Below are positions 35,197 to 38,729 of a stretch of DNA of 38,729 nt, piece by piece. The stretch spans positions 1 through 38,729 of the forward strand of contig JADGQH010000002.1 in NCBI GenBank assembly GCA_017881985.1, written 5' to 3'. Under the pieces are notes generated by a model that searched no databases, was not told the origin of the DNA, and worked only from the letters and a program-made list of their open reading frames with translations. Source of the stretch: Chloroflexota bacterium (GTDB lineage Bacteria; Chloroflexota; Limnocylindria; Limnocylindrales; CSP1-4). Position 1 is the first letter of the stretch, and each line of letters begins with the position of its first letter. Position numbers and translations under genes: made by a program.

Positions 35197-37320
35197 ATGA
35201 TGGGCCGTGGCTCCGGCATGGGCCGCGGCGGGGGCATGGGCGGCGGAGGCGGGGCCGGGAGCGCCGCCGGATTCCGGCGAGCCATGCGCGCGGAGCGGGG
35301 GCCGTCGGTGCCACCGGAGCGCCGGAACCGCACGGCCCGCAGGATCGCGGCCTTCTTCGGCCCGTACCGAGTGCAGGTGGTGGTCGTCCTGGTCGCCATC
35401 CTCACCACGAGCTTCCTCGGCCTGATCAATCCGATCCTGCTCAAGCTCCTGATCGACGAGGTGATCACGGGGCGGAAGTTCGACCGCCTCAACCTCTACG
35501 TCGGGCTGATGATCGTGATCCCGATCGGATCCGGGCTCATCGGCGTCGGGCAGAGCTACCTCAACAACGTCATCGGCCAGAACGTGATGCAGGACCTGCG
35601 GAACGCGCTCTATGCGCACCTGCAGGGCCTGCCCCTGCGCTTCTTCACCGAGACCCGCACCGGCGAGATCCAGAGCCGGCTGGCCAACGATGTGGGCGGC
35701 GTCCAGACGGTCGTCACCGACACGGCGACGAGCGTGACGGCAAACCTCGCGGTGGTCCTCTCCACGATCGCGGCGATGATCTACATCGACTGGCGCCTGA
35801 CACTCCTCTCGATCGGCCTGCTCCCCTTCTTCATGTACCTCACGCTGCGGGTGGGCCGCGTGCGGCGCGAGGTCTCCTCGGAGACCCAGAAGACGCTGGC
35901 CGACGTCACCGCGGTCACCGAGGAGACGCTGAGCGTCTCCGGCGTCCTCCTGTCCAAGACGTTCGGCCAGCAGGCCGCGGCGACCGACCGCTTCCGTACG
36001 CTGAACCGCAGGCTTGCCAGGCTGCAGATCCGCCAGGCGATGGTCGGGCGCTGGTTCTTCATGATCATCGGCACGATCTTCAGCATCACGCCGGCGTTCG
36101 TGTACTGGCTGGCGGCCACGCTGGCGATGAACGGCGATCCGAGCGCGCCGACGGCCGGCTCGATCGTGGCGTTCACGACGCTCCAGAGCCGACTCTTCTT
36201 CCCCCTCGGCCAGCTCCTCAACGTACAGGTCGAGATCGCCGGATCGCTCGCCCTCTTCGACCGGATCTTCGAGTACCTCGACCTCGACCCGGAGATCGTG
36301 GACGCGCCGGACGCCGTGACGCTCGGGCCGGCAGACGTGCGCGGCCAGGTCCGCTTCAACCGTGTCTCGTTCCGCTACCCGACGAAGGCGGTCCCGTCCG
36401 AGCGCGCGCACTCCGCGGCGGCCGACAGGCCCGGCCAGGGCGACACGTCCGCCCCAGACGAGGCGGCCGCGGACGCGGTCGTGGAGCCGATCGTCGAGGA
36501 GGTGCTGGTCAACCGGCTGCGGGAGCCGGACGCCGGCCCGTCGGGCGACGCCAGCGGGGACGGGGAGGCCACGGAGGCGGCCGAGGACCCGGGCGGGGTC
36601 GGCGTCCCGATGGCCTTCGCGCTCGAGGAGATCGACTTCTCGGCCGAGCCCGGCCAGCTCGTGGCGCTCGTCGGGCCGTCGGGCTCGGGCAAGACCACGA
36701 CCACCTACCTGATCCCCCGGCTGTATGACGTCGATGCGGGCGGAGTGGAGATCGACGGGCGCGACGTCCGGCGGATCGCGCTCGCCTCGCTGGGGCGCGT
36801 CATCGGCGTCGTCACCCAGGAGACCTACCTCTTTCACGCCTCCATCCGCGACAACCTGCTCTACGCGAAGCCCGAGGCGACCGATGCCGATCTCGAGGCG
36901 GCCGCGACGGCGGCCGCGATCCACGAGCGGATCACCGAGCTGCCGGACGGCTACGAGACGATGGTGGGCGAGCGCGGCTACAAGCTCTCGGGCGGCGAGA
37001 AGCAGCGGATCGCCATCGCGCGCGTCCTCCTCAAGGACCCGCGGATCCTGGTCCTCGACGAGGCGACCTCGGCCCTCGACACCGTCTCGGAGCGGCTGAT
37101 CCAGTCGGCGCTCGAGCGGCTCATGGAGGGCCGCACGACCATCGCGATCGCCCATCGGCTCTCGACCATCCTGCGTGCCGACCTGATCCTGGTCTACGAC
37201 CGCGGCCGGATCGTGGAGCGCGGCACCCACGACCAGCTCCTTGCGCAGGGCGGCCTCTACGCGCGCCTCTACCTGGAGCAGTTCGTCGCGCCGACGGAGT
37301 CCGCACCCGTCGAAGCGTGA
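35197..37320 (+). CDS. ABC exporter, fused TMD-NBD half-transporter (MsbA/MDR type)
   Basis: This is the C-terminal 707 aa of track ORF 34624..37320. ATG 35197 is preceded by GGAGGG 7 nt upstream. It has a six-TM exporter domain, Walker A GPSGSGKTT, signature LSGGEKQRIAIAR and Walker B ILVLDEATSALD. Confidence 0.9.
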   Translation: MMGRGSGMGRGGGMGGGGGAGSAAGFRRAMRAERGPSVPPERRNRTARRIAAFFGPYRVQVVVVLVAILTTSFLGLINPILLKLLIDEVITGRKFDRLNLYVGLMIVIPIGSGLIGVGQSYLNNVIGQNVMQDLRNALYAHLQGLPLRFFTETRTGEIQSRLANDVGGVQTVVTDTATSVTANLAVVLSTIAAMIYIDWRLTLLSIGLLPFFMYLTLRVGRVRREVSSETQKTLADVTAVTEETLSVSGVLLSKTFGQQAAATDRFRTLNRRLARLQIRQAMVGRWFFMIIGTIFSITPAFVYWLAATLAMNGDPSAPTAGSIVAFTTLQSRLFFPLGQLLNVQVEIAGSLALFDRIFEYLDLDPEIVDAPDAVTLGPADVRGQVRFNRVSFRYPTKAVPSERAHSAAADRPGQGDTSAPDEAAADAVVEPIVEEVLVNRLREPDAGPSGDASGDGEATEAAEDPGGVGVPMAFALEEIDFSAEPGQLVALVGPSGSGKTTTTYLIPRLYDVDAGGVEIDGRDVRRIALASLGRVIGVVTQETYLFHASIRDNLLYAKPEATDADLEAAATAAAIHERITELPDGYETMVGERGYKLSGGEKQRIAIARVLLKDPRILVLDEATSALDTVSERLIQSALERLMEGRTTIAIAHRLSTILRADLILVYDRGRIVERGTHDQLLAQGGLYARLYLEQFVAPTESAPVEA

Positions 37321-37412
37321 TCGGCCGCACGGCGGGGCGGCGCGTCCGGCAACCGGAACTGGCGCGCGTCCGTGCGCTGCGCGGCGACCATCGCCCCGAC
37401 GAAAATCGGCCG

Positions 37413-37451
37413 CTTGCATGACTATGCAGCGACCTTGTATAGTCATGCGTG
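37413..37451 (+). promoter_or_regulatory. Tandem ARG boxes (ArgR operator): two 18-bp imperfect palindromes separated by 3 bp
   Basis: Box 1 is cTTGCATgactATGCAGc (37413-37430) and box 2 is cTTGTATagtcATGCGTg (37434-37451). Each has a TGCAT-N4-ATGCA-like core. They lie in the only AT-rich patch upstream of argC. Confidence 0.6.
37414..37443 (+). promoter_or_regulatory. Candidate sigma-70-type arg promoter: -35 TTGCAT, 18-bp spacer, -10 TATAGT
   Basis: TTGCAT lies at 37414-37419 and TATAGT at 37438-37443. Both hexamers are embedded in the ARG boxes, as expected for repression by occlusion. Confidence 0.45.
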
Positions 37452-37533
37452 TCATGCACGAAACCACCGGCCGGGTGACACCGGCCACCACGACGACCCC
37501 GGGGGAGCCGCCCGTGAGCGGCCCCGCGCGCCC

Positions 37534-38697
37534 GTGAGCGCGACCGCCGGGACCGTCGTCGCGGCCGCCCCCGGTCGCCCGGAGATTCCGTTGCCGCGCG
37601 GCGGCGGAGCCGACGGTGCGCCGTCGCCCGGAGGCCCGCGCATCCGCGTCGCGATCGTGGGCGCCACGGGCTACGTCGGCGCCGAGCTCGTCCGGCTCCT
37701 CTCGCGGCATCCGAACGTGAAGATCGAAGGGCTGGTCGGCCGCGGCCGCTCCCGCGAGCCGATCGGCGGGACCCATATCCACCTCGATCGGACCGGTCTG
37801 CACGTGGACGCGACGGTCCCCGACGCGGACGCGGTCTTCCTTGCGCTGCCCCACGGCGCCGCCGCGGAGATCGTGCCCGACCTCGCGGCCCACGGCGCCG
37901 CGATCATCGACCTGGGGCCGGATTTCCGGCTCCGCGATCCGGCCGACTACCCGCGCTGGTACGGCTTCACGCATCCGCGGCCCGACCTCCTCGCCGGTTC
38001 CGTGTACGGCCTCCCCGAGCTCCATCACGATGGGCTGGCGGCGCTCCGGGAGTCCGGGCCCGCGATCGTTGGGGCGCCGGGCTGCTACCCGACGGCCACG
38101 CTCCTCGCGCTCGCACCGATGGCGCGGGCAGGGCTGATCGGCGACCTGGTCGTCGACGCGAAGTCCGGCGTCTCCGGGGCCGGCCGCGAGCCGAAGCAGG
38201 ACCTCATGTTCGGCGAGGTCAACGAGAGCGTGAAGGCGTACGGCGTCGGCGGCCATCGGCACGTCGCGGAGATGGAGCAGGAGCTCGCGGCGCTCGGGGC
38301 GGGCGGCGCGGAGGGCGGCGCGGATGCGAACCCGGGCGTGCGCGGCATCGACTTCCTTCCCCACCTGGTCCCCATGACGCGCGGCATCCTGTCCGCCTGC
38401 CACGTGCGCCCCAGTCGCCCGGTCACGCAGGCGGAACTCGACGCGCTCTACGCCGATGCCTACGCGGCCACGCCGTTCGTGCACGTCGTGCCGCAGCCGC
38501 CGGCAACGAAGCACGTCCTGGGCAGCAACACCTGCCGGGTCCACGTCCGCCTCGACGAGCGAACCGGCCGCGTCCTCGCCATCGGCGTCATCGACAACCT
38601 GGTCAAGGGCGCCGCCGGGCAGGCGATCCAGGCATTCAACATCGTCCATGGCCTTCCCGAGACGACCGGTCTCGAACAGCACGCGCTCGTCCCGTGA
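37534..38697 (+). CDS. argC: N-acetyl-gamma-glutamyl-phosphate reductase
   Basis: Track ORF 37372..38697; its first 54 codons cover the promoter/operator region, so that start is rejected. Candidate starts are GTG 37534 or TTG 37591 (GGAG 6 nt upstream). It has IRVAIVGATGYVGAELVRLL, catalytic Cys in APGCYPTA, and VVDAKSGVSGAGR. Confidence 0.92.
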   Translation: MSATAGTVVAAAPGRPEIPLPRGGGADGAPSPGGPRIRVAIVGATGYVGAELVRLLSRHPNVKIEGLVGRGRSREPIGGTHIHLDRTGLHVDATVPDADAVFLALPHGAAAEIVPDLAAHGAAIIDLGPDFRLRDPADYPRWYGFTHPRPDLLAGSVYGLPELHHDGLAALRESGPAIVGAPGCYPTATLLALAPMARAGLIGDLVVDAKSGVSGAGREPKQDLMFGEVNESVKAYGVGGHRHVAEMEQELAALGAGGAEGGADANPGVRGIDFLPHLVPMTRGILSACHVRPSRPVTQAELDALYADAYAATPFVHVVPQPPATKHVLGSNTCRVHVRLDERTGRVLAIGVIDNLVKGAAGQAIQAFNIVHGLPETTGLEQHALVP

Positions 38698-38729
38698 GCA
38701 GCGTGTCTGCTGACCAGGCACCGAGGGCA
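38694..38729 (+). CDS. Start of the next arg-operon gene (possibly argJ), 3' truncated by the window edge
   Basis: GTG 38694 overlaps the argC stop (GTGA), and the frame VSSVSADQAPRA stays open to the window end. The identity is guessed only from the usual argC-argJ order. Confidence 0.3.
   Translation, partial: MSSVSADQAPRA

Noticed and set aside
30132-38721. Series of very long minus-strand ORFs (30132..32687, 32269..34119, 33897..35492, 34963..38721) opposite the F420, trxB, ABC and argC genes
   Set aside because: All are Arg/Pro/Gly-rich with no recognisable domains. Each overlaps plus-strand genes that have strong family signatures, RBSs and coupled starts.
1-38729. Looked for mobile elements, defence systems, toxin-antitoxin pairs, RiPP or small-peptide genes, and compositional islands
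   Set aside because: I found no integrase, transposase or recombinase, no nuclease or helicase pairs, and no flanking repeats. There is no region of deviating GC apart from short promoter patches. The window looks like core chromosome.

Overview
This is a very GC-rich (about 70% by eye), densely packed chromosomal segment with about 35 CDS and almost no non-coding DNA. Many neighbouring genes are joined by 4-nt ATGA/GTGA start/stop overlaps. Several genes have a TANNNT box 6-7 nt upstream of the start codon, which looks like leaderless transcription. Together with the F420 genes this suggests an actinobacterial or Chloroflexi-like organism, though class II XylA and a stand-alone CofE argue against a typical Streptomyces or Mycobacterium.

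Gene content from left to right:
- PQQ sugar dehydrogenase (5' partial), PhzF-family isomerase, SIMPL/DUF541 protein, and pyruvate dehydrogenase E1 (aceE).
- Nicotinamidase, an SRPBCC protein, and a stand-alone 5'-3' exonuclease.
- A tightly overlapped minus-strand operon: nucleoside phosphorylase, LLM oxidoreductase, Zn-ribbon membrane protein, IMPase.
- A complete xylose locus: xylA-xylB, convergent with ROK regulator - xylF - xylH - ATPase.
- A five-gene plus-strand operon of poorly characterised proteins: Gfo/Idh/MocA, PAP2/vanadium-haloperoxidase-like, CRTAC1 (FG-GAP/ASPIC), M24-like, DUF1684.
- A DoxX-Rieske fusion and a DJ-1/PfpI protein.
- A coenzyme F420 block: PPOX-class, LLM, cofD, cofC, cofE, LLM.
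- trxB, a beta-propeller lipoprotein, an ABC exporter, and argC preceded by tandem ARG boxes.

I found no rRNA, tRNA, CRISPR array, transposase, integrase, or recognisable defence or toxin genes. I do not see convincing evidence for a new biological system. The best leads are the uncharacterised five-gene operon next to the ROK regulator, the DoxX-Rieske fusion with an internal twin-arginine motif, the F420 block with a CofE lacking the FbiB reductase domain, an LLM gene with no canonical start codon, and an acidic insertion in the ABC exporter's nucleotide-binding domain. The many long ORFs antisense to these genes are treated as high-GC artefacts.
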